Shown here piece after piece: positions 1-11,560 of a DNA stretch of 64,000 nt; the stretch's first letter is position 1; each line of letters begins with the position of its first letter. Location: NCBI GenBank assembly GCA_036172245.1, contig JAYWIR010000016.1, forward strand, positions 1,426,001 to 1,490,000, read 5' to 3'. Source of the stretch: Raillietiella orientalis. Taxonomy: Eukaryota. The position numbers were made by a program, and so were the translations under genes. The notes beneath the pieces are model-generated. The model ran no database searches. It was not told where the DNA came from and was given only the letters and a program-made list of their open reading frames with translations.

Positions 1-99
1 GCAGAACGTACGCATTAATAGAGAGATAAGCTTCAAAAGCAGAAGGTACATACGCACAACGTCAAGGTATACATGTGTACGATTTTTCACTTTATGTTT

Positions 100-2200
100 A
101 TGGGGGGGAAAAGTACATCGGTGAAAGCACTCGAGAAAGTTAAAAGTCGAAGCTGCCCTGCCATTCGTACGAGCATTTATCACACGCATCTTTGTAGTGC
201 TGGTCAGATTGCATTACATTACCATTGGTTGCCCTGGTGAGGGAGGGCACGTGGATCTCCTGCCTCCCAGGGAACTGCACTGCCTGGCTTCAGGAGTCAG
301 TTTCCGCATGGGCTAAGATCAACGGCTCCTGCGATACAGACTACTCCTACCTCCGTAGAGGCAGGTACGCTGGACAGCCTCTGCAGGAGATCGTTTCCAA
401 CCCGCGGAAACTGCTGTGGGCTTCATTTCTCCCCCTTGCCCCCGTGCTGCCCTCCCTCAGGAACGCTAGGGACAGCCAGGAAGAGGCATCGTGGGAAGCA
501 AGATTAAAAACTCTTGAAGGCGTGGACGACTCGGAAGCTACCAGACGCTGCAACCCCGAGTGTCCCGCCTAACGGATTGTGCGCTGCGGCGAGCTGCTCG
601 GCATATCTCCGGAGGAGGTGAAGTGGCCCCCAGCGCTATGGGACAATGGCACCCTCCTCTTGGATTGGCAAGAGACGGCGCTGCTTGCGTCGCATTGGGG
701 ACTCCTTTGCAGAGCACGCCTCTCCCACGGGGCACTCGGAAGTGTGGATGCCCGTTGTGCAGACTGCGAGGAACGGGAAAGGACCTGATCATCGAGTGTG
801 TCGCCCTCCGCCCAATGTGGAATCGACCGTCGTCGATCCTGAACATTCCCGTGGGCGACCCGAAGAACATTTTCCGTCGCCTCCTGATGCGGGACGCCCT
901 GCCAGCAGCCGCGTGTGTAGCAGTTCTCTGCAGCATCCTGGAAGCGGAATCCTGGACAAATGGACCGAGTCGAGGAGAGGCCGCAACAGCCGGAATGCCA
1001 TTCACTGGGCAGCCGTCTCCATGGAGAAGGCTTCCCGATGGCGCCGGCTACGGGCTGTTCGACCGGCACTTGTCCGCATCCAAACCCGGATGCAGAGGAC
1101 CACTCGCGCGGCGAACGGTAATCCCTTCCCTGCCCTCCCCTTCCCGGAAAACATTGCGCTCCCCTTTTGACTTTGTTTATTTATTGATTTTTTTGTGGTT
1201 TTCCTTCACCCATCGCCGACAGAGAGGACCTCACCGGCCCGCGGGCCGGTAACGACCAGTGCTCTGAGACAGGCGGAACCACGTGTCCTGCCTTGAAGAA
1301 CTTCAAAGACTTTGTTATGAGATTTTATTTTGTTCAAATTTTAATAATAAGTGCCCCGGCATTTCCGGGTGATAAGCATTACCGATGAGTGCTTTATGAT
1401 TCCACGAGATTTACGACCAATTGTGGATACATGGGAGCACTTTGCGCGCTCCACGAAGTCATCCTGTTTTATCCTGCTGTGCCTCTCGTTTGAACGAACG
1501 AATTCTTGGAGCGATCCTTCATTCTTGGTCCTTGATGATCAACCGCAGCACACACGGAACATGGCTCCAGACGTGAAACAGCGAGATTTTGTGCCGGTGG
1601 CAGAAAGAAGGACTGCTTCCTTTCTCAACAAACGAAGCCAATGGATCGTGATGCTGGATTCAGAGATTACTGCAACCGAACGAATAGGAGGACCCGATAT
1701 TTTCGAAACTCTGAGAACAGACTTTTTTCAGGGATTCGCTCGAGTGATCCCGCCGAGAACCATAAGACCTCGGAGGTTCTGAAACATCCTGATGAAGTGC
1801 AGTTTTGCAGAGTATTTAAGGAATCCACGTCCTGAAATCCCAACCTGTCCTTCCACCTCCGCAATCTTTCCGACACGACGATGGCACAAGCAGAATTGGT
1901 CTGCAACAGAAACTCGGATGTTCACGTATGCTCTGAGCGATTGGGGCTCAACCTTATCCGTTAATGATTCTTCATCACGACCTCGGGATTAACATCAAAC
2001 GATCGACACGGGTACTAAAAGCTTGCAATGCACATATTAAATTTTGTCCAAACATGCTATATGTAGCCCTGGCTCGATCTGGTCGGAAAATTCCCGTTAG
2101 ACCACAACACAAAACTACTGTTAAGTTCGTGTTTGGCCGAAAAATTTGACATAGATAAAAATTGGGGCTTTCTGAACGCATGCCGCTTCCATTTTAAAAA
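100..2200 (-). mobile_element. Old decayed L1-clade ORF2 relic (post-RT region to C-terminal zinc knuckle), interrupted by the younger insertion at 224-1376
   Basis: The minus strand gives 'SERLRRWKDRLG' and 'VLWFSAGSLERIPEKSLF', resembling the L1 post-RT region. Removing 224-1383 joins 'SWNHKALIGN' in frame to 'VMQSDQHYKDACDKC', followed after a frameshift by 'FLEC'. This resembles the W..H.AL..CxxC..F.EC zf-RVT/CCHC pattern. Confidence 0.5.
224..1376 (+). mobile_element. Young 5'-truncated non-LTR (L1/Tx1-clade) retrotransposon copy: ORF2 C-terminus plus 3' UTR, with 7-bp TSD CATTACC
   Basis: 226-1372 aligns to 35129-36277 with about 7 substitutions and one 2-nt indel by manual reading. 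CATTACC occurs at 217-223 and 1377-1383. It encodes a degenerate zinc knuckle, 'CPLCRLRGTGKDLIIEC'. Confidence 0.85.
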
Positions 2201-2597
2201 GCAGTGCTTTGCTGTTTGATGTTATGTTATGTTTGCGTAATCACCACACAGGGGTGCCACTGCTGCAAACGGCTGTCGCTTGCAAATTTATTTTCACAAT
2301 CGCTTCGATTTCCACAGGAGAACGAATGCCGTCCCGAGCCTTACTTTGAGACCTGAAGAATTGGTGCTCTAATCCACAGGGATAGCGATAATATTGACAC
2401 GAAAAAAGAAAACACTCAAATTCCATACAAATTCCTGCAAGCAAACACTGTGCACAGTCAACGCGTGTACTACCGAAATGTTTTGAATTAATATTCAATC
2501 CAGATGATCATAGGTTATATTTTGCAACATGTAATCTGAATTATTTTATTTGATTAGTTAAAAACATAAAGTATCCTTGTATCTCATAAAGTCTCTC

Positions 2598-5523
2598 TCA
2601 GTGGGTAGAAGAGGAATTTTTCTGCAAGAGCTGCTGTAACTCATCAATCTCCTTTTCAAGAACTTTACAAAAACTCTTCATATTCTTGGTGCTTAATTTG
2701 GAGAGTGCACACTTATTGTGCTGCACATCTTTGCAGTGGGAACTCCTGTTGTTCCTATAACTATATTTAACATGGCTTATTGTACTTCTGCAAGACATAC
2801 TGATCTCTTAAATTGGAAAGCTCCTGATCTAGCACATGATCTTGCTGTTTCTTTCTGTTAATTGCATAGTGGCGTAACTGGGATAAACCTAATTTTTGCA
2901 TCTCTGCTACCTCCTGCAGGACATCACATACAAGCTAAAAAGAAAAGAAAGACATCCACTTGGCTGATCACTGGCTGTTACCTTTTCCTCTTCTAGAATC
3001 CGTTTAGTTTCCCTCTTTCGTTGTTCCTGCTCAATGAGATCCAAGTGCCTACGCCCCCCTATTGTTTACTGCAGTCAAAACATACCGACGGGCCTGTGCT
3101 AGCTGAATCCTTTTATCCCTTATGCGACCTTTCACTGCTTGTTGCATCCAACGTTGCAGCTTCATTTCATTCATACGAATACATGCTTCCAAATCCTTTC
3201 GCAAAGTGGAAGTAGCTTGACGGTATAAGCCTGCTGCTTTTTGCAACTAGATAAAAATAAGGCAAAAACTAATGAATTCACAACGTTTACCTTGGTGCTA
3301 GCTGGTTTTCGGGAATTCATGACTGCTTGAGCATCATTCAAATACTGCTGGAGCAAACTGTTGGTAGAATCCAGCGGACTAGCACAAGAATTGGCATTAA
3401 GTTCAACAGGGCGTCCACCAGGTAGTTTAATTGGTTCCTGATGGATGCTCAAGTACTTAGTGGAATCTGTATTAGGAGGTGAAGACTGTAGTTCCACATT
3501 CACATGGCTTTGCTGCACAGAACATGAAGAAAGAGGAGGGCCACCCGGATCAGCACCAAATACATCTGCTACTAAATTGCTAAATATCTCCTCAATCCTC
3601 TTAGTGATCAGTGTATTCAGTTTGGTGTTTGGGTGTTTCTCTGACAGTTTGGGTTCCACATGAGTCCTGGTGTTTGGCTGCAGTGCATCTTTCCCATCAC
3701 CAAGATGACTATCTGAATGAACAGTAACCAAGTTTTCTAACAACTTCAGAGATGTTTTCAGAGATTGTTGCTGATTATCCTGAGGAGCAGCAAGATGTTT
3801 AGAAGCTGGTGAAGATGGTGACTGTCTCTGTTTTGGAGAAAGTGAAGATGCCAACGATGTAGTGCTGCTCCAACTGCAACTACAATCAGGCTGGGAAAAA
3901 GAGAATCCCAAATTGCTAATGTTTTCTATTTCATTCTTGTAACAACTGCACTTTTTCAATTTTTCCAGTTTTTTCTGCATGGAGTAAAGAGATGACATTT
4001 CATCTGTTGACAAAATGCCCTGACTAAATCAGAAACCCTTAAGATAAACCTACGTGAATGATTGTAAGACAATGGCTTGGAATGTTCTGAACCAACCCCA
4101 TGGTGTGTACTGGATCTGGAAGCTTATAGTTATTCAATTGTTCCATCTTCCTGTAGCATACATGATGGGACTTGATCTATCTTCATCTGCTGAATTTTCG
4201 TTCTTATCCTCAGGACGGATATGGAAATCACTATGAGAATAGACCACAGTTTTCTTGCCCCGTGACTCCATGTCTCTGGCACAATATGTACTTGAAACTC
4301 TCCTCTTCTGATTGACATTGGTGTACTTTTCACATTCTGGAACACATGGAGAGTTTTCGTCTTAGTTTGAACAACCTTTGATACGGGAAGAAGCAAACTA
4401 CTGAAAGCAGCAACACAGTATTACTGAGAGGAAGCTGGCTGCAAGCACCAATCTGCTTAACCTATACTAGCTATTGAATTCATGTGTTACTGTTGTTTCA
4501 AGCTCCCATTCTCTCAAAACAAGATTTCATACTATTTTTTTTGAAGCAATGATCGACTACTACTTTTTTCATCTTGCGGCTGAAGGCCATTACAGCGCCC
4601 CCAATTCCTCCATGCACTAAAGCACATACAGCAACATTGCACAGCATGCTTTTCTGGACAGAATGGCGCCCTCCCCAATTTGACCCTTGCATGCCATCCT
4701 CGAAACTTTGCTTACTTTCACACCACTCGTTTTCATAATTACTCGTCTAATTCGGCGTCAAGTGCAAATTCTCGAACCACATTCGGTAATGAAGTTCGTG
4801 AAATTCGCTACGCAACCATGGATATTTTAATAGCAGTTTGCGTGATGACAAACGTACCCACATAGCAGTCTTTCTGCGCACTTGCTGATTCCAGAATCAA
4901 GTGCTCATAGTAAATAAGGAACACTTCCAGCAGGCAGAATATGGCACCTGGATTTTTCTTTGCTACTTCTTTGGCTTTAATATGGCTGAGATCCTCGGAA
5001 AGCACGTCTACTGCCAAAGTATCGATTATGCACTGAATGTTCTCCACGATGTGCTTTTCCTTCCTAGCGTTCCTGCAAATTTCTACGGGCATGCGATTAC
5101 CGTCAACAGGGATTTGAACGAAACGGACCTATTTTTTTTCGTTTGTCTGGTTTCAGAAATACGTACCGGGAGGAAGATCTCCACAAAGGGATTCGAACAG
5201 CCTGATGAATAATTTATCGGAAATGTCTGCGACATCACGTATCTCGGGAGTGGAAACTTCACACTTCTCGACGAGGAACTTTGCCAGGGCCACACAATCT
5301 GCAAAGGGGGGAATGGGGGGGGGGAGGGGGTGATTCGGTGAGGGTCGGCGGAAACGCGCTCGGCAGCTCAGCAGCAAGCAGGGCAGCGTTCTTTTCTTTT
5401 TCTTTTTCTTTCCCCCCCCCCCGGTCCGATGTCCCCCCCCCCACGCGCACACACACACACACACACACGCACACACACACACGTTTCTCTGCTGCAGCAC
5501 CTACCGGCTGCTCCTCCGCGCAT
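2598..5523 (-). CDS. CEP95: Centrosomal protein CEP95-like (N-terminal DUF5745/CH-like domain, coiled-coil C-terminus); multi-exon
   Basis: Phase-consistent GT-AG exons 5523-5505, 5298-5167 and 5082-4858 give MRGGAADCVALAKFLVEKC...LFIRLFESLCGDLPP...NIQCIIDTLAVDVLSEDLSHIKAKEV...IFCLLEVF. This matches the CEP95 N-terminus ([24 protein letters not shown]..I..LLEIF). Further exons lie near 4360-4163, 4116-4054, 4003-3291, 3246-3086, 3047-2982, 2914-2800 and ~2760-2598, including 'IRDKRIQLAQARR'. The 3' exon boundaries are less certain. Confidence 0.8.
5446..5482. repeat. (CA)n microsatellite in CEP95 intron 1
   Basis: Direct reading of the CA run. Confidence 0.95.
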
Positions 5524-5756
5524 GCTGCTGCTGCTGCTGCTGCGGCTGCCCCGGCGGACGCTGCGGACGTTCTCCTCCCCCTTGCAGTCGGTCCTCTCTA
5601 GCCTTCACCCGCGCTCCCCTCCACGCTAGGCATCGACAAAGAGAAAGCCTCGTCGCAGGGCTTCCGGTTGTAGTCGTCGGTTTAGATCAATGCAGGGAGA
5701 CACCCGGCGAACGGGAACGCACCATATCGCTCCGCGGCGGTAATGTTGTTGGCGTG
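5524..5756. promoter_or_regulatory. Probable bidirectional promoter (CpG-rich) shared by CEP95 and the Amun-like gene
   Basis: The divergent ATGs at 5523 (-) and 5757 (+) are 233 nt apart and the interval is CpG-rich. A (GCA)n run sits just before the CEP95 ATG. Confidence 0.65.
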
Positions 5757-6175
5757 ATGGCAACAATGAAAGATTCACGAATGTTTTTCGAACAAGCAAA
5801 TGCTCTGCAGTTTGAGTATGTTTACTCCCTGTACGACGAGGCGCTGAAACTGAAGGCCGAGCAGAAGAACAAGAAGTTTGAGGAGCTGCAGAAGCTGGAC
5901 AAGTGGTAAGCCGTTTGTTGTCTCGCGGGTCCTCTCTCTCTCTCTCCCTCTCTGTACTGTGTTGTGCCCGTCTCCCGGGACGCGTAATGAGTGATGGATA
6001 CAAATTTTTAAGATAACTTTTTAACCTTACGGCGGGGGGATTATAATTTGTGCCGTGTGTCACGTGAGGGGGGGGGTTCGTGTTTTTCGGGCTGGAGGAA
6101 TGAAAAGTCGTTGTGTGTGTGTGTCTATGTGTATGTGTGTGTGTGTATGTGTGTGTGTGTGTGAGTATGTGTGTG

Positions 6176-6214
<39 letters not shown>

Positions 6215-7624
6215 CTTCGTGGTATGTGGGGCAGTAAGATGGCTGCCTGTACAAGAGTTTGCTTATGTAACGTCGGGGGGGGAGGAAAAAAATAAAAAAG
6301 GAAAAAAAAAAAAAACACAATGCAGGGGAGGGCCGAGTGGTGCAGAAGTTTACGCAGTTTGCTCGGTGCCCGCACGTTTTGAAGAACTGTGAATGAAGAG
6401 TGCCTCCTTGAAGGTAACTTGTTTTCACTCAGACGCGTGTGTTGTTCCACTTCTTCCTTTTTCTCTTAAACTGCTTGCATATTTTGGCGGATTCTCGTGG
6501 TCGTATAACGAACGAACACGTAAATGTGTGGTACACAATGTTTTATTTTCATAGAATCATTTGTGATAGGTACCAGTTAGAGTTGCCCAAAAAGATAAAA
6601 GGACGTGGTAAAGAAGCTCACTTGACTCACGACGAACTGGTGCAGTGTATGAAGTGGAAGCTTGCGGTGTGTATTCTTTTTCATGCATTGCAAATAAAAT
6701 GAAAGAAACCACAAAGGAAAAGTGTACAGAGTTCATTCTAATCTTGAGTATTCTTGTTAACGTTTGCGTATTCAAGCCCGAACGCGTTTTCTCGTATTAA
6801 AGAAAGTTGGGTTTTAGAGGGGAAAATGGAGGTCGAAACTAAAGGAACTTGTTCAAATGAATACTCCACGCATGGTGTGTATAGAGTCCAAGAAAGCATT
6901 CCGGCAGTTAACCAAAAGAAATGACTTATCTTCTGCCATTCAAGCTTTATGTAATTTGAAAGGAGTTGGCCCCGCAATGGCATCAGGTGATACTTTTGAT
7001 TGCAAGTGTTTGCAACTACAATTCAAATTTTAGCGATTTTGGCAGCTGGATTCCCAGAAAAAGCCCCCTTTATGGCTGATGAGTGCCTTATGGCCATCCC
7101 TGACTTTGAAGGGATTGACTATACACTAACAGAATACCTCAAGTTTGCTGATAAACTCCAAAGTAAAGTGAATGGACTGAACACTGAAGGTGAATTGTTT
7201 CTCTTCAAGTATTGTTGCCAACTTTATTGCAGAGGATGGAAAATGGACTCCTCATCGCTTGGAGATGGCACTGTGGTCATATTATGTATTTTCAGAACTG
7301 AAGCCATCATTATTAGAGGGTATGCCAGGATCGATCCAGGAACTAAAGGTATATATATGTTAGGATTGAAAGCATAACCAAAGTCTGAAGACAAGGAATG
7401 GTTCTGTGAGTGATCACAGTATTGACCCGTTAGAAGAGGTGTCTAGCTCATCTCCCCATCTCCCCGAATCAGAGCCTATCACTGACTGTACTAGCCAGTC
7501 TGATCCTGAATGCCACCAGGCGAATGGTGGCTCAGAAAACTCAGTTCTTCAGGAAACAGCTTCTAATGGCATAGAAAATGAGGAAGTGCAACCTGCCACC
7601 AAAATAGCTCGTGTGTCAGATTAG
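5757..7624 (+). CDS. Amun: Amun/CG2446-like chromatin protein with HhH DNA-glycosylase-like motif
   Basis: Exons 5757-5905, 6570-6666, 6818-6986, 7034-7189, 7233-7348 and 7391-7624 splice in frame. They give QFEYVYSLYDEALKLKAE..LDKWYQLELPKKIKGRGKEAHLTHDELVQCMKWKLARGK..NTPRMV..SKKAFR..LCNLKGVGPAMASAILAAGFPEKAPFMADECLMAIPDFEGIDYTLTEYL..WTPHRLEMALWS, closely matching Drosophila Amun. Confidence 0.9.
6112..6212. repeat. Imperfect (TG)n microsatellite in intron 1 of the Amun-like gene
   Basis: About 100 nt of TG repeat read directly. Confidence 0.95.
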
Positions 7625-7763
7625 CAGGAAACAGTCAAGCATTCCAGTCTGGTGCAGATCTCAATGGGATCTCCATTCTGTACAGTTTAATGACCAGCAT
7701 GAGCTAGTTAGCCACATACTGCCTTCATGGGTCATACAATAAAGATCCCTATTTTCCACAGCA

Positions 7764-8861
7764 TTAATTGAAAGGGAGTTGCAGATTGATTGTTGTGGGC
7801 ACATCATCGAGGGAAAAATATTTATGGCTAATACCATGTTCCAAGATTTTAACAATCCGCAAGCCATGATCATCAGTGCCTAACTGAGCACCTACAGCTG
7901 AAGTGATCACCTGTTGCATATCTTTGTACTGGCCTCCAGCATTGTAATGCAAATGTCCAGAGAATACATGAGACATTCCTATGTACTAATCAAAAGCAAA
8001 TCTTAATTGTCTACCCCAACCTGCTTGATGTAATTGATCGAGCATAAGCGTCCTTGTTTCCTTCTCAATGTTGAAATAACTGTCAGGTTCATCAGGTTCT
8101 CTGCAAAACCAAGGGATATGTTGAAACAGAATACAGTGCTTAGGTTGCAGTGATTGGCATTGCTGGAGCTGATGTGTAAGCCAATCTTTTTGCTCTTGAG
8201 CCTGCAAAGGTACTTGGCTGTGGTTGCAAAAGAACTGCGAGTTGAGCACTAGCACAAAAATTCCTCCACACCAAAATGCAAAATAGTCATCTCCAAAGAT
8301 TTTCACATACCTGAAAAAACCATGTGAGCTGTACTGCCCTACCACTTACTCAGCAATTGTTCTTGCTGAAGGGACATTTCCAATGTCATGATTGCCACTG
8401 ACACATATCAAAGGAATGGACGAATCAAGTTGACCGAAAGTTTCCATAAATGCATCCAGCTGGTCCTTACGTCTGGAGTTTATTGCATTTATTGCATCAG
8501 AGGTTGTATAGCAATTGGCAGGGTTATCTGAAATGCTGTGTTTTCTGTTAACTCACCCTAGTACCAACCATGAACAAGGTCACCACACATGACTACAAAT
8601 CTTGGAGAAGGCTGCATGCTGTTCACAGCATTCACGAATTTATGAGCAAGTGAAATTTCTGGCGCACACCCTGGATTCTCCTTGTTTTCGATATAGCTTT
8701 CTATCATTCCAAACTGAATATCTGCAGCATGCACGAAGTAAAATGGTTCCTTCCATTCCCTGTTTTGTTCTGCACAACATATATGTTTGCTTCATAAGCC
8801 CAAACAAGGCTATACCTTGGGGAAATGCAGGCAGCTCGTGATTTTGCGCCAATACAATCAT
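7764..8861 (-). CDS. CPPED1: Calcineurin-like metallophosphoesterase CPPED1
   Basis: Exons 8861-8816, 8769-8569, 8527-8350, 8310-8021 and 7978-7764. Motifs EWKEPFYFVHAADIQFG, FVVMCGDLVH, VSGNHDIGN, FGDDYFAFW, FQHIPWF, FSGHLHYNAGG and SAVGAQLG..HGLRIV match CPPED1. Confidence 0.92.
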
Positions 8862-10099
8862 ATTTCGAGTTTAATTTAATAACTGCTCAATGTTATTTCC
8901 GGAACTGGGGGGGGGAACAGTCTTTTTTGAGTTCTTTCACGTGCCCTACGATTTCCCAGTACCAAAAATTCCAAGCGGCACACCTTTACCTGTTTTGGTG
9001 ATTTAAATACAGCCGAAATGGTTGCCAAACCACAACACGAACGCAAGACAATTATACAAGAACACCGTTTGTATATACTATCATTATCAGGAGCTGACTA
9101 ACTGGGAAGAACAGCAGTCGGTGGCGACTGCATCAAATCTGAAGCTGATGGGTGCTCACCACACTGAACAGCAAAAAACTCTGAACAAATCTGGGCAAAG
9201 TACGAAAGCGAAAAATTTCGAAACCAGATAGGAACGCAGCCGATCACGAACTCTGCTCATCCGCAGATAAGGTCTTTTTTTTTGGGGGGGGGGTCTCCCC
9301 CCTGTTTTATCTCCGGTACCGATGGAAAAAGTCCCACAGGAAATGCGCAGCGACAGACCCGGTCCGGAGTGCGCGTTTCCGCTGCACGCCTCTTCCGCTG
9401 CTCGTACATCATCATCAATGACTGACGATTTCAAGGACTCCTCCCACCCTTTGAATCCTTCGAGTGGCGGCGGGGCCTCACGTGTGTAGTAAGTACCCTC
9501 GGTACACAAAAAGGCCCGGCTGGACACGAACTGGGATGAATTCCACGAGATTGCCGGCACGAGACCCGCAATCTCGTAGAATGTTCGCAGACATCATCTG
9601 AAGTCGTGGGGCGGGAAAAACCGGACAATCATTTCATTAGCACTTTTTTTTTTTCTTAAAAAAAAAAAAAAAACAGATGACTTCAGGACAGTCTGGCATT
9701 GATGCCAGCAGGGTTACGGATTAATTAAGAAATTAAACGAGCTTGAATTACGTCCCTCCACTTGAGTATACATATGCAATCCCCCCCCCCTCCAAGAAAT
9801 TGAATACGTAAAAATCAAAAATTAAAGAAGTACTTTTTTTCCTCTCGTGATTACGAAAAATCTAAGGTGTTGTTTAAGAAACTGACATTCAACTCAAGCA
9901 CACTACTTATGTAAAGCAAAAGAAAAGTTGAAATGATCGCCATTACACGGGAAGGAAGTGCTAACAAAATAAATAGTTGTTGCTATGTTTCACCATATTC
10001 TTTAAGAAGTATTAGCTCATAAATAAAATGAAGAAATAAGCGAATAAGAATAAAGGAATGGAAATTGCATTCCAAGATAAAAATAGTAACGCGAAGAAA

Positions 10100-11560
10100 C
10101 ACAGAATTTATTCTGGAGATTTGATTCTTATCAACAGACAAAAGCAAAAGACCTCGATTTAGTCAAAGCACTAATTAAATGGAATTCAAATAGAAGAATA
10201 ATCATTTCATCAGCATCAATCAATTTATTATGGCACACTCACTCATGTACTTAATCGTTCGAAAAGATTCGTAATTTTTCCAAGTAGCACCAGAACGAAT
10301 CGCTTTTTGTAAACTTTCTAGCCTCTAAAATAAAAACATGAATTTGAACACTATAGTATGATACACTGCGTAATCTACATAGCCAAATATTAGTTCTGAT
10401 TATCGATTACGATGACAACTGAACCGCGAATATTTTCTTAGAATATAGAGACTGAGTAAATATATTGCCAATTCATTTAGAACTCCATAGAAAAGTTTCC
10501 TTTTGAATACTTTTTCTCTTACTGGATTCCTCTAAACCTTGATCGAGTGATTTAAAAGGTTACGTAACTTCTCCTCATACCTTTATTACATAATGTTGAT
10601 AAAATCCGATCAGAACATAGTGAATCATTACGACACTTACATTTTCATTTGTCATCCTCCTCATTACGAACAGTTTTGAGGATTCAGGAATTTTTCTTGT
10701 AAGACAGGAGTGATTTTTAAAGGTGATCAAAACGGTTTCTTATACATTTTTTCCATTTCCAGCTAAACTCCTAACAACTTTTTTTCTTCTCTTTGGCTAG
10801 TGCATAAGTGCTTGTTGTGTGCTGTGCGATCTTTGTAAATTAAAAGCACCTTAAAAGTAATCTTACAGAGAGGATCGAGATGGACAGCGGGAAATCGTTG
10901 CACAATGTGAATAAAGTTCTGAATTCTCTTCCACATTTGGTAGCTTCTGATATCCAAGATTCTAAATTCAGTTAGTATCTCCTTAATACTATCAGCTATG
11001 CTTTCCAGCATTAACGGAATTTTGTTTATTTTACAATTATGCAATGCAACTGTAGAATGATGGCAATATTTACCGAAATTGTTTCAACCACAAAATCTGA
11101 AACTTTTGCCTGGAAAGTTGGTATGTTGCGTGTAGGATTGCTCTGGAGTTTCCTTATCCCTAACTACAAGCGCTTTAAATAAAAAACAACGGATCAATAA
11201 TTGCACTAGATTTGGTTTAAAGCATTAAGTAAATCATTAGTAGCTTCTAATATGGTTCATTCTTCTAGCAGACACCATTTCGATTCTCAAGCGTGATCTT
11301 TGATAGATCATTTTATTTCTATTTTCCCTTCTTGACTTATTAGCGTAGTCTTTGCAGTCGACTTTCACTACTGAATCTTCCTTTTTTCTGGGAAAAACGC
11401 TGACTCCCGATTTCACTGTTGGAGGCTTACGGTTTTCGATTTTTTCACTTTGTGAACGAGACGGTGTTGGTATCACTACTTTCTGAACCAACGCTCGTCT
11501 TGCGACCGTTAGCCAAGCTGTGAAAGTGTTTTTTTGTTATGCGGTCCCACTCCATGCTCT
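10100..11560 (-). mobile_element. Possible highly decayed LINE 5' part (ORF1-like), AT-rich
   Basis: Broken minus-strand ORFs (11491-11237, 11044-10763) end in 'KITFKVLLIYKDRTAHNKHLC', loosely like the ORF1 RRM-to-zinc-knuckle junction. There are many stops and no coherent splice pattern. Confidence 0.25.

Noticed and set aside
4020..4053. Apparent 34-nt intron in CEP95
   Set aside because: The frame only works with the downstream acceptor, which gives a 50-nt intron.
5153..6450. Long ORFs rich in HTHTHT/CVCVCV (e.g. 5626-6450, 274 aa)
   Set aside because: They are translations of CA/TG microsatellites and intron or antisense sequence of real spliced genes.
9320..9485. GGAAAAAGTCCC ... GCGGGGCCTCA resembling RNase MRP CR-I/CR-V
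   Set aside because: P4 pairing is imperfect, and I could find no GARAR loop or P1 helix.
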